Made by a program: the position numbers and the translations under genes | The notes under the pieces: generated by a model | The model's database searches: none | Seen by the model: only the letters and a program-made list of their open reading frames with translations | What the model was told of the DNA's origin: nothing | Origin: Balanoglossus misakiensis | Taxonomy: Eukaryota > Animalia > Hemichordata | Assembly (NCBI GenBank): GCA_040954595.2 | Contig: CM082577.2 | Span: forward strand, 744,001-808,000 | Direction of reading: 5' to 3' | Length of the DNA: 64,000 nt | Shown: positions 39,692 through 53,391 of the stretch, one piece after another | Layout of the letters: every line of letters begins with the position of its first letter | How positions within the stretch are numbered: the first letter of the stretch is position 1

Positions 39692-42600
39692 CTACCAGTG
39701 GTATACTCTTATGCGTTCATGCTCTGTCAAAACAAAAATATATGATCAGTGTCAATGTAAATCAAATCTGACAGTAAATAGAGAGTGACAGTCCGTTTAT
39801 GCAAGAGAAATCCTTCACAAAAGGTTTCTTTATTGATAATCAACATGATAATGACCACTTTTGGATTTGATCCCAGATGAATATTTTGTAACCTGTTTTA
39901 CCAAGCAAACTACACTATGGATTGTAGGATAGTTCTCATTTGGATAATTCAGGTATCTTTATAGCACTATTGCTTGACCTCAGATGCTACCACATCATCA
40001 CAAGCAAAAGAGGCTCAAATATAGTGCAATGTCCATTCAACCAGAATTTCATGATGAGAGTTAGAAGACCTTATTCTGGGTAGGCCAGATGTAAGCCCAA
40101 AATTTCCACTCTCAATACTCACTTGTTTCTTTATATCTCCAGATGTAACTCATGGTGAAATATGCTGCTAAGAACATTCCTATGGGTGCAAAACCTCCCT
40201 TCCTGACATTGACATATTTGATGATAAACCTGGTGTGAGCTGAGAAAGAAATTATTAGAATTAATTCAAGTAATAAACATACAATCAAATACAATGTATG
40301 TGAATGTGGCACAAATAAAAGAGCAATGTTAAAAAAATAATACTCAGCATTCTAAAGACATTTCTCTGAAATCACAATTTTTCATTATACCAGTGTGACC
40401 TTTTTTACCTAAGAAACAGGACTGGTGTACACTATATGAACATTATCTTCACATATTCTGCTGACCAAATTACTAGACAATGATTAAACACTCACATATG
40501 ATGGGGAGCAAAATTTGTTGAATAAGTTATACTGAGAACCTACCTCTACCAATGGCTGAGCCAATGCCTTTGGGTGAAAGTGAACTTGATCCAAACCAAG
40601 CTGGAAGCTGGCCTAGTTGAACTTCGCCAAATTTGGCAGGTACTGTAAAATTTGAATACAAAAGTTGTCAATTACAAGTGCCTTTATAAGTTGTCATCTT
40701 TTAGAAATTAATTTCTTAGCGTCATGTAACAAGTAACATATTTTTGTTATTATATGCATGTATGATTTCAACCAGCTCGTGCACATTTCTGACATATACA
40801 GACCCGCCAATAAGTATTTACGCACCCACGTTCTGCAGCGAAAACGTTTCAAAAACATGAAATAACACACCTTGCAGACAGTTTTTAGCGAAAATTCAAA
40901 AATATTTAATAAATTCACGAGAAACAACAGTTGTACAGCGAAAATCTTTCATGTGCGATTAAATTTGAGCGAGAAATATTGACGTAAATATAGATATGCG
41001 GCGGAGTCGGCGAAACGTTCCATTCTCTATGGGAACAACAATGCAAAGAACGTCATGAATATTCATGAGTTGAAATCGAACGTAACAACTGTCAATAATG
41101 GGTATGTCCACCCCTTCTCCTGATGACCTCTCGCAGGCGCTTGGGCATAGTGTCGACGAGTTTCCGACACATATTTTGCTGGAATTGTTCCCAAGATGTT
41201 ACAATGCGGTCAAACAGGTCGTCGATGCTGTGAATTGGACGGGAATGAACGTCCAAGTCGATTAACTCCCACATGTTCTCGATGGGGCTCAAATCTGGAG
41301 ACTGGGCTGGCCACTCCAACGTAGTAAAATTGTCAAACGGATAGCCGTAATCCTGGGGATTTTGCAGAAATGATTTCACAGCCAAGGCAGTATGTACAGG
41401 GGCATTATCCTGCTGGAACACAAAATCGGGCCCGACGAGTCTCAAAGCCGATGGTAACATTTCGTTTTGTAGAACGTCCAGGTACTTCCAGCGATTCATG
41501 GTGTTCTCGACTCGAACGAGCGAACCCACACCTGCAGCCGAGAAACACCCCCAAACCATAACACTGCCACCACCAAACTTTACTGTGGGACTGATACAGT
41601 CAATTTCGTACTCCTCGCCAGGTCGCCGTCTAACAAAAACTCTCCCCCGGCTCCTATACACGGTGAACTTAGACTCGTCTGACCAAACAACCCGGGACCA
41701 CTGAACAGGTGTCCAGTTCACATAACGTCGGGCGAAACGTAGTCGCGCTGCGATATGCCGGGGTTGTAACTTCGGCTTTTTTTTGGCCACACATCCACGG
41801 AGTCTGGCTCCTCTATACAATCGGGATTTGATTGTGCTCATACTCAAAAGTTTCCCGGTATCCTCGTGAAACTTAGCGCGGAGGTCACGGGCCGTCTTAA
41901 ACCTGTCCGTCAGGCTTGATCTAATCAACATTCGGTCTTCCCGTTCCGTTGTTCGCCTTGGCCGTCCAGATCGGTGTAAATTGTCCGTGCTACCATTTTG
42001 AACAAGTTTCCGAATGTTGTACCTGACGCTGCCTTCGGTGATTCCAAGCTGCCTTGCGATTTCTCGGTTTCTCAAACCTTGCCTATGCAGTGCCTCAATT
42101 TGACCTTTCACAAATTCAGGAAGTTCGCGAACTTTGGGCATGGTTTCATTGATCCAATGTTTACAAACAAAAATTATGCAGCAACCTCCGACGACCTCGA
42201 TCAGAATATTCATAAGCAAGTCTGGCAGATTTTCCCGCCCCCAAATTTAATCGTAATTATATTTAAAAGCTCTGATTGGTGGAGATTTAAATATGAATAG
42301 AGGGAAATTAGCCACGGAAACAATGGCGCGAAAAGTTAATGAGATGCAAATGATATGTTAATGAGTATACCGCCATTGCAATAACCATAGGAATTTTCAC
42401 TGGCCGGAAAACTCGCCGCGTATACAGTCAAATTCGGCGCGGCAACACATCTGTGTTGACTAAAATGGGTTAAACCTTCCGTAGGTTATTTATTTTCGGA
42501 AATAAGTTACAGTCGATCGATTTTGTGAATAATTTTTCATGTCAAACGTACATTTTCAAGGTGCGTAAATACTTATTGGCGGGTCTGTACATTGTAACAC

Positions 42601-43032
42601 CACTGTGACCCATGGCCCATGTCTTGTGCAGCAAACGGGTTGACACTCAGATAACAATTTGACTTACTAAGCACTTCTGGTAAATCAGATAATAGCGACG
42701 TAGGAAAAACCAAGAATACTACATCTTCCTGCTGCATATCTACATGTACAGATCACATTCCCTCTATATTAGCTTTAGAGGTACTGTGTACAGATGTAGC
42801 TTGTAGCGTACGTGCAGACTGAGGTGGCCGGTGGGTTGGCAGTGCAGTGCTGGGGATCGGGATCTGCCACGCTTGGCGTCACCAACTGGTCAACCCGTTC
42901 AGCATTTCTCAAAATTTCGGCGTTCATTAGTAGAAAAGTTTTCGAACAACATATACTCGATAAAGTTTTATTTGTCCAATAAACGTTTAAGAAAGAATTT
43001 GTTTTAATCTACTTACGGTTTTTGGTCGCCAT
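39692..43032 (-). CDS. ATP5MF: Mitochondrial ATP synthase subunit f, 87 aa
   Basis: Exons (-): 43032-43017, 40642-40544, 40239-40123, 39723-39692, giving MATKNLPAKFGEVQLGQLPAWFGSSSLSPKGIGSAIGRAHTRFIIKYVNVRKGGFAPIGMFLAAYFTMSYIWRYKETKHERIRVYHW. This matches the subunit-f signatures (VKLGELPSW, KYINVKKG, KHERLRKYH). Confidence 0.93.
40799..42587 (-). mobile_element. Full-length Tc1-like (IS630-Tc1-mariner) DNA transposon, 1789 bp, in ATP5MF intron 1
   Basis: Perfect 28-bp TIRs CAGACCCGCCAATAAGTATTTACGCACC (40799-40826 and 42560-42587), flanked by TA on both sides (40797-40798, 42588-42589), enclosing an intact transposase ORF. Confidence 0.97.
41092..42141 (-). CDS. Tc1-type transposase, 349 aa, DD42E spacing
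   Basis: MPKVREL start; HTH (NREIARQLGITEGSV); GRPRRTT; catalytic WSDESKF, FQQDNAPVH and SPDLSPIENMW; C-terminal GGHTHY. No stops or frameshifts. Confidence 0.95.
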   Translation of the reverse strand: MPKVRELPEFVKGQIEALHRQGLRNREIARQLGITEGSVRYNIRKLVQNGSTDNLHRSGRPRRTTEREDRMLIRSSLTDRFKTARDLRAKFHEDTGKLLSMSTIKSRLYRGARLRGCVAKKKPKLQPRHIAARLRFARRYVNWTPVQWSRVVWSDESKFTVYRSRGRVFVRRRPGEEYEIDCISPTVKFGGGSVMVWGCFSAAGVGSLVRVENTMNRWKYLDVLQNEMLPSALRLVGPDFVFQQDNAPVHTALAVKSFLQNPQDYGYPFDNFTTLEWPAQSPDLSPIENMWELIDLDVHSRPIHSIDDLFDRIVTSWEQFQQNMCRKLVDTMPKRLREVIRRRGGHTHY

Positions 43033-43260
43033 GTTCGCCGGCTTCGTAGTTCGGTAGGTCGGCGGAGTGATACAATAAATGTCCAACAATCTGTGCCTAC
43101 GTCAGTTTTTGACATTTTAGCACAAATCTACGTTAATATATCTACTAGATTACATATTCACAGAATTTTCTTGTGATCCGGGAATTTCTTCAAATACTGT
43201 TCACTTTTTACATTTAATGTCTTTCACTAAACCGGAAGTCGGAAGAATATACACGCAAGT
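43020..43260 (-). promoter_or_regulatory. ATP5MF housekeeping-type promoter with ETS-like and YY1-like motifs
   Basis: Tandem CCGGAAGTCGGAAG at ~43232-43245, and ACATGGCG overlapping the ATG. No TATA box seen. Confidence 0.4.
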
Positions 43261-44684
43261 CGGTTATCAGTCGCAGAGGAAGATTTCTAAATAATGACCG
43301 ATGAGGGCGATAAACAGATAAATCTAGTCATGGCCGGCCCCATGGCCTTATATAATTTTCCAATGATTTTCCATATTTACATTCCATGTAATTATACATT
43401 GTTACCCCCATAATCAGATATATGTCACTGTCAAGTCAGATTACTGATGTCGAAATAATATCTTTATTCAAAGCTATAAATAGTGTCAATACATCTGAAC
43501 TTGAACAGAAAAAATGGTCACGCAGGCACCATTTTGAACAGAGAAAGGAGCAAGAAATTAAAATCCAAAAACCTTTGTCCAATGTTATTAAATGGAACAA
43601 GAAAAATAGTGGCTGGTAAACGATGCCATACATTTATCAGCATAACATGTAACATGCAAATGATGAGGTAAAAATCTGTACCAAAGGGACTTGCAGCTGA
43701 ACTACTGTATTGATGTCTGCAGGTAACTTTGTGAAATCAGTTTATGATAAATATCAATGGGAAGTGAATGAAGGTTCAACCACCACAACAGGTGTTTGGT
43801 TTGCAGCAGTTTTACATCAGTTTCATGTGTGCAATAATGGAAGGGTTTCTGGATCTAAAAATGGCCCTGGATCTTTGCAAATACTCATTTTACCAGTAAT
43901 ATACAATTGGCTTAAAAAGCACACTTGTATCACAACTTTAGAGTCTGTGTAAATTTTCCTTAGTCAGTGTTAAGTTCATTTTTACTGAAACTACTTTGAA
44001 TAATTCTAAAATCCAAAACAACAGTGAAAAATGAAATAGTATATACAACAAGAAATAAATGCATGTTGATACTGGCTATCTGTATATTTACAATTCTGTC
44101 TTATTCTTGGAACGTTACTGCCATATCTGTAAATACACACTACATCAAGCAGACATTCTTCCTAAATGCATGGGGAATATTTAAGTTGTCATTGTGTAAC
44201 TTGCTTGAACATAGCTGTAAATGTTGATGACGTGGTGTGACTTTACATAAGTAATGTACACCATGTCATATCCCTCCTATACAAGAATGGGGAATATCAT
44301 TCACATTGGCTAGATCAGATTGCATACCTCAGGTTTACTTTGGTGACTGTACATTCACTTTGGTCACCTTTCACAAGCACTGTGTGATATCAATTCCTGC
44401 TAATTTCATTGGTTTGTGCTCTTCCAACACTCAAAGTACCAGTACATGTAGTCCGTTTACCTAACCTAGTTCCCATTCCATGTCTAGATTTGTTTCTATT
44501 GAAAATTGTAACATATCACAATGCCTGTAAAATGACACAAAGTTTCTAAAGTATAATACTGCAGATTCTGAGTTGTATTATGAATTAATTCAAAGAACAT
44601 CATCAAATACATTTTTGTTTTAATCTATACAATGAAAAATTACACTGTTTACATATAAACAAAAAAACTAGTAAAATATTTTGG

Positions 44685-45836
44685 CTATGAGCCATCCTGT
44701 AAGTCTTCCTCATTCCTTCCTATCCTAGCCATTCTGGCAAAATGTGCTTCTCTAAGAATTTGGTTGATGTGTCCATAGAATTGATTGGCTAAATCTGTGT
44801 GGTCATGACTGTGATTGGCTAATTCAGTGCTTGTCCCAGGTGGACTGTGTAGTATGTTATTGATACCGTTTTCATGTGGGTGGTAGTTTGAACTCACTGA
44901 TGGCAAGCCAGGTGGCTCTTCTGTTATGTGGCGATTTGTGAACCCATGCTGTTGGCCAGTAATTCCATTTTCCTGCAATGGAGAAGTTGATTTGGAATTG
45001 ATAATGCAAGTATTCAGTTAAAAGGTTTGGAGGACTGTCATTTGTCTGAAAATCTGTCCCAAAAGTGTGTATTACCTTAATTAGTTGTATTAATATGCAG
45101 TTTTGAAATTACTTATTTAATGAAATTAGTATTAGTGTACTGACCTCACCACTCTACATTCTTCTTAAAAACTGTGATGTGTAAATACTTACTGTGCACT
45201 GACATCTATCTTGCCCATGGAATTCTTCTGAATCTCCATTTACCAAAGGTCTGTGAAAAAAATTCCCAAAGTATATAAATTAGTTGTCTCACTCATGGGT
45301 GAAGGTGTCACATTTCATCCCTTACATTCACATACTCATGATGTCCATTGCTCTGGCCACTACACTACTACACATGGGCTATTATATACGAATAATATAT
45401 GAAGAGAGAAAAACCTGCCCCGCCTCCCGTAGAAACAGCTGATTAACCCTCGCAATACGTACCTTGCTAATCCGGAATCGGTTAAATTATTGTAACTTCT
45501 CTTGGCAGCAGGTACCAATTCAACGTCTTCCTCTATACCTCTCGTTCTCTTGCGGCTTGTGGTAGAGAAATGACAAGGTTTACGTAAGATATTCACCGGC
45601 ACAGTTAAATTTAGCTGACGTTTTGTCGACATGTAAAAATCCTGTATTCTGCGGAACATGACTGGCATTCCACTGTATTTTTATCGGTAGAGTGGGTCTT
45701 AACACTTCTGAATTTCGGTGCAAACGACATCAACAATAGTATATACCTAATAGAATGTGTTCAATATGCTCATAGCTTCGAATGTGTTCTCAGTAGAGAA
45801 AAAAAATCCGAATTACCTAGCCTTTGTCTGGGTCAT
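44685..45836 (-). CDS. FAM104A: FAM104/VCF1-like protein (VCP/p97 nuclear cofactor), ~152 aa
   Basis: Exons (-): 45836-45817, 45555-45463, 45250-45193, 44972-44685, in phase. The bipartite NLS RKRTRGIEEDVELVPAAKRS and the C-terminal helix FYGHINQILREAHF match human FAM104A as recalled ([34 protein letters not shown]). The first exon is less certain. Confidence 0.82.
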
Positions 45837-47310
45837 CTCGTCGCCATTCCTCGATTCCACCAAGTTGTGTTTATGTCACTCTGCGGCTGCGCGATCAAAA
45901 TACAGCGCCACCAACGATATTATTGTTAAAAAGACAAACCTATTGTATTCAAAAACCAACATGAAACAAAATGCAGCGACCTTTTTAATATTAATTTTCT
46001 GTGTTTTTCGAATGAATGTCATTATAAAATAGGTAAAGCCATCATATTTTAAAACAGTAGAGTAATTTATATTCAAGCATGTTGTGTATTCAGCAACTTC
46101 GATCATTATTTCTGTTACATAATAAATTAAGCAGCTGCAAGCACACGTACCAGCATGTTGCCTTTATCATCATGGGAGTGGAAACACACATGCGCAATTT
46201 GGGTTCTCGTGACGTTTCGTTGTCTGTATTGGTGACATTTTATAGTTAGTCAGGAAACGATACAAACGAGTCGTGGAGCTTATGCTTTGGCAATTGATAA
46301 ACCGCATTCCCTCTCCGTCGTCTCTTGGAGGGACTGGCCATTCATGAACCCCGGAATGGTCAGATTTGGATAAGAGTGGTATTTAATTTACCGTATAGAA
46401 CTCAACTTGGTCCTTTTGTGGTCATTTGTTGGATATCAGAATAAATGCATACGACGCGATTGGGAGAGGTTTAAGGCGAAGTTCGTCCATATCACATTTG
46501 CAGTATTTTCACCACTGACAATGACAATGGTGACCTGACAAGTCTCGCACGCTAACCTCAATGTTTGCATTGTGCATGACTCTGTTGTTATGTTAATTAA
46601 CTTTCGCTGGACTTGTTTACTTGATGTTTACGGTCTTGCATTGTGAACAGACACGTCATTGTCGCGAAATAAATGTGACAGTAGTGACGCACATTTGGGA
46701 CATCGGTGTTTTTGGTTATGTAGCCTACTAGTATTATTATATACTAGTAGTACCACTTGCAAGGAAGGTTACTTCAAGATCCAGAGAGTCGAACGAGAAA
46801 TTGAAATTGTTACACAGAATAAAAATTACTGTAAAAACAAATAGACACATAACTACAGTACCAATCTTAAAGTTCATACACAACAGAACCGAATTCAAAC
46901 ATGTTTAATACTTAGACATGACCTAAGGGCTTGACCCTTAATATTGTACATGCAAATGACTCATCTGGGAAACCCGGATGACGCATAGATGAAAGTCATA
47001 ACACACTGTGTGGAACCACCTGTTGAATAAGTCCAGTGGACCTCTCTTTACAAATAATCTTGCCTGAACGTTGCGTCCACGAATGAATTATATGAATACA
47101 TGTCCTAGTATACATACTTTGAAAATGTACTCAGTGACTCAGTAGGATAGACCACAGTCTCTGAACTGTGTACTAGCCAAAGCTTACATCATAGCGAACT
47201 TGAACGATTACCCGGGCCCACTAAGTCGAAGTCGACCAATAAGACCAACAACTCCCATCAACCCATTCGCCCTTGCAGAACGAATGCATCGTCAAGATGA
47301 ACATACTCTT

Positions 47311-47897
47311 CCATATATGGAATACAGAACGAGGTTGTTCGTTATACCCACAATACCGTGTGAAACCTAACATGTAAAATAACAAAGTTCATAATGTGGT
47401 AATGATAGAAAACAAACCCTTATTTGGGCATAACAAACTTGGCAATTTGTTATTTATTTCTAGGGCTTTGATAATAATGAGTCGGTATGTTTTATAGCGA
47501 TATGTAAATGATAGCAAGACATAAATTAACACCATAAAAGGCCAAAAACTTGCCTAACATCGACTGTTAGAAATTATTTAAATTTGATGCTCAATAATCA
47601 TGAAGTCAAGGGACCTGTAAAAAGAGAATTGCAAAACACATTGTCACGTGGTAACATTCATAAATTAGCCATTTTACCGAAGCATTGTGACTATATATGG
47701 GTAGAATACATTATGTTTGTCAGCAATTATAACGGAGCTGTCTTGGACAACAGACAACAATAGTGTTGTTTAAATAATACACTAATACCTGGGGTCAAAG
47801 GTGAATCGCACGACTGGCGTGATTGGTGATGAATCATCACTGCGCGTATTTCAAAGTTGGCATCATCGATAAGTAAGACCAACCAGTGGTATATAAA
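47311..47897 (+). promoter_or_regulatory. Actin-1 promoter: three CArG (SRF) boxes and a TATA box
   Basis: CCATATATGG 47311-47320, CCTTATTTGG 47418-47427, CCATAAAAGG 47532-47541, TATATAAA 47890-47897. A non-coding exon donor (GTAAGT) lies at ~47968. Confidence 0.75.
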
Positions 47898-48014
47898 GGC
47901 GTGGAAGATCTTAGCTGCTTCAGAACGCGAAGACAAGCACCCAGAAGTTAAACTTGAGGCACTGAAAGTAAGTTGACTTTAGAGGAGTACTAGTATATTT
48001 TGTTCGTAATTTAG

Positions 48015-50091
<2,077 letters not shown>

Positions 50092-50763
50092 GAGACGGAG
50101 TTGAGTTGAACCATGCTTAAATCCTGCGCTGTCAAACGATGGCTATCACTATGGTGATTCCAGAAAGCCAACTTTCACTTTTGCAAGAAAGGTGGATTTG
50201 ACATCACTGGGCCTATCTACAGGTGACGAACGTCGGCATTACACAGAATGATGACATTTACATATATATTTTCAGGTTCCATGTATTATTATTTATTATT
50301 TAAACGCATCGGTTATTAGAGAAAAAGATACTTTGGAAACATAATATTCAGTCAGATTTGTGTATTGCTTCACATTTACAGAAGTTTAATGTTTTATGTA
50401 AGAATGTTATTGAATTAATCATGCGTGCAGAAAATCATGGAACTGAAACTTTTGTGTTCGCATTGCTTTGAGATTGTATATATAGTCGCATGCAGAAGTT
50501 TGAAATTAGAGAGTCGATTATGCAATTGATCAATTAACCAATGTACACATACCTTTTACATGTGTTTTTCACTATGTGAGAGTTTTGTTTTCTTGAATAA
50601 AACGTCGCTTAATAGGGAACTACTGTGAATAGAGTCTGCCTTCTTCAATTGATAAGAACAGATACTATACATGATCTTAGCCAAAAGGCCGAGTATAGCA
50701 GACCACCTGTTGGAATTGATTTTTTGTAAAACCGTCTGCCAGGCAAGAGTGTAATCTGGCAGT

Positions 50764-50893
50764 CCTTATAAGGCAAAAGAGCTGTCTCGGTTAATCATGT
50801 TATTCGTGAAAACATACACGTTGTCAATATCGTCACAGAAATAAACAATGGTTGGTAAAAGAGCGAAAGTAATCGCAACATTTCCTTATTAGG
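50764..50893. promoter_or_regulatory. Two CArG boxes between the convergent actin 1 and actin 2 genes
   Basis: CCTTATAAGG 50764-50773 and CCTTATTAGG 50884-50893. Confidence 0.45.
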
Positions 50894-50930
50894 ACATGAC
50901 TGGATTTTACACTCGACTTTTGTGACACGT

Positions 50931-50975
50931 AACAACAACAACAACAGCAGCAACAACAAACAAACAAACAAACAA
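50931..50975. repeat. Compound (AAC)n/(AAAC)n microsatellite
   Basis: Read directly from the sequence. Confidence 0.85.
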
Positions 50976-51328
50976 CCTAATAATATAACACAAGTAAATG
51001 TACTTCGTTTTTATCTTGGTAAGCAACGTCATTGTTTACATTATATAAAAAATATACATAAAGAGAGTCTCCAAACGTGTATTTTTTGACACAACTAGTG
51101 TGACTCTATACACTGTAGAAACCTCTGCTCCTGTTAAATAGAATTTCAGAAAATAAGATCATAATTATAAATTTTGCTGACAAAACGCCTGGCTTTGGTT
51201 TTCATTTCCGAATACTGACCTTGTCCACAGTAAACTCAGCCTTTTTTGCTTTAAAGTGTGAACACATTATGTCTTAGAGTTCTTGCTGTAGTTTGTAAAT
51301 CCTTCCAGGTTAAATGCTGGTCTGTCAT

Positions 51329-53391
51329 TTAGAAACATTTCCGGTGAACGATAGAAGGTCCACATTCGTCATATTCCTTTCTAGTGATCCACATCTGTTG
51401 GAAAGTGGACAGTGAAGCTAAGATGGAACCACCCATCCAGACAGAGTATTTGCGTTCAGGTGGCGCAATGATTCTGATATCCGCTGAGGTGGCTGCCACT
51501 GACGTCATCTCTTTATGCATTCGGTCAGCAAAACCTTCGAACATGCTCGTGCCACCAGACAGGACGATGTTAGAATACAATTCCCGACGGATATCCATGT
51601 CACATTCCATAATACTTCTATGCACAGTTTCATGGACGCCAGCGCTCTCCAAACCTACATGTAACAAAAATGCCACATGTAAATTAAATGTATTTATCTC
51701 AGACAGGACAGTGAACTATCATTTTCCTTTGATTTTCAAACACATTTTAGAAGATGTTTAAAAATGCGTCGAGAAATTTATAGAGAAGGAGCTTCCCTGA
51801 AAATGTGTGACGGGCACCCCGTTACACACAGCTTTTCTCATACCAGACTCTATCTCTGATGTTAACTGTCATTGCAAGATAACCGATACGAATTCAACAT
51901 AATATGTATTCTTAAGAGAGAACTCAAATTACCCACCGAGCAGTGAAGGCTGGAACAAGGCCTCGGGCGCCTGAAATCTCTCACTGCCAAGAGTCACCAC
52001 TCTCCCGTCTGGCAGTACGTACTTTTTATCAAGGGCTGAACTAGTCGCTGTCACTTCAGTTTCTTTCTCAAAATCAAACGCCACGTAGCAGAGCCTCTCC
52101 TTCATGTGTTTTATTATTTCACGTTCAGCTGTCGAGGAAATTAGAAGTTTGAATTTGGCATGCGTTGGTATTAACGATAACAGTGTGGTGAAAAGAAGTC
52201 ATAAAAAGTGGCACTGAGTTTTGATCCACATTTCACAGTCATGCACGTCTCTAAATTTCAGAGTTGCCATGGTTGTGATATAAGATTTAAATGTACTTAG
52301 AGACCGACCTGTTGTCACAAAGCTGTGCCCACTATCGCAAAGAAGCCTGATTAAATGGTCTGTTACTTCGCGACCAGCGACGCCAAGTCTCGTCATGGCC
52401 AGTGGCATTGAGTAACCACCATTGATGGGCACCATGTGTGTAGCGCCCTCACCGATGTCGGCCACAACGCCTGTCGTGCGACCAGATGAATAGAGACACA
52501 GGACAGCCTGAATGGAGACGTACAAGGCCGGAACGTTGAACTTCTCGAACATAATCTGAAAAAGTAATAGGATGATACTTCAGCCAAGTCATGTAACCAA
52601 TTAATTTACATGATCGATAGCGGGACACTTCTCATCAAACCTTCAAGAAGGTGCTGAGTCTCGAGAATTGTCTTCTGGCCAATTGACATGTGATCTCACC
52701 TTAGTCAACTTTTCTCGATGAGATTTTGGATTCAGCGGTGCTTCTGTCAGCAACACTGGATGTTCTTCGGGTGCAACACGCAACTCGTTGTAGAAAGTGT
52801 GATGCCACAGCTTTTCCATGTCATCCCAGTTTGTAACGATTCCATTGTCGATGGGATATTTTAGCGTCAGGACACCTCGTTTGCTCTGCGCTTCGTCGCC
52901 AATGTAGGTTTCCTTGTGTTTTAGTCGATTACCGGTCATAACTGACTGCGTGGCAAAGTAATAAATATAAATTGTCCATTAAACTTAATCTAGGCATCCA
53001 AAAGTAATTATGTTTACAGACAGAAAATGTCTGAACGCTTGACAGACACGAACATAACTACATTATAAACTTTGATTTTGTGATATACGGAAATTACAGT
53101 ATTTGTCATTTTTTGCCCCTTTTTTACCGTCCAGTAACACGCATATGTTCGAAAGGTATGTTTCATCAGAAGTAATCTGATAAACACGTCCCATGCGTAA
53201 CACTTTGTTTTTAATCAAATCGCAAGATGCAAGATTCAGATATCGTTATCATTCAGGATCCATACCTGGTGTCTTGGTCTTCCGATGATCGACGGAAACA
53301 CGCACACAGGTGCGTTGTCGCCAACAAACCCGGCTTTACACATCCCAGAACCATTGTCGATGATCACAGCGGAGAGTTTGTCGTCACACAT
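51329..53391 (-). CDS. act: Actin 2 (strongly divergent actin), 378 aa
   Basis: Exons (-): 53391-53266, 52945-52700, 52555-52309, 52128-51937, 51654-51329 (1137 nt), with an open frame. [16 protein letters not shown]...IVHRKCF. Confidence 0.93.

Noticed and set aside
42142-42219. N-terminal extension of the transposase in the ORF track (375 aa)
   Set aside because: It starts at a non-ATG codon. MPKVREL at 42141 is the typical Tc1 start.
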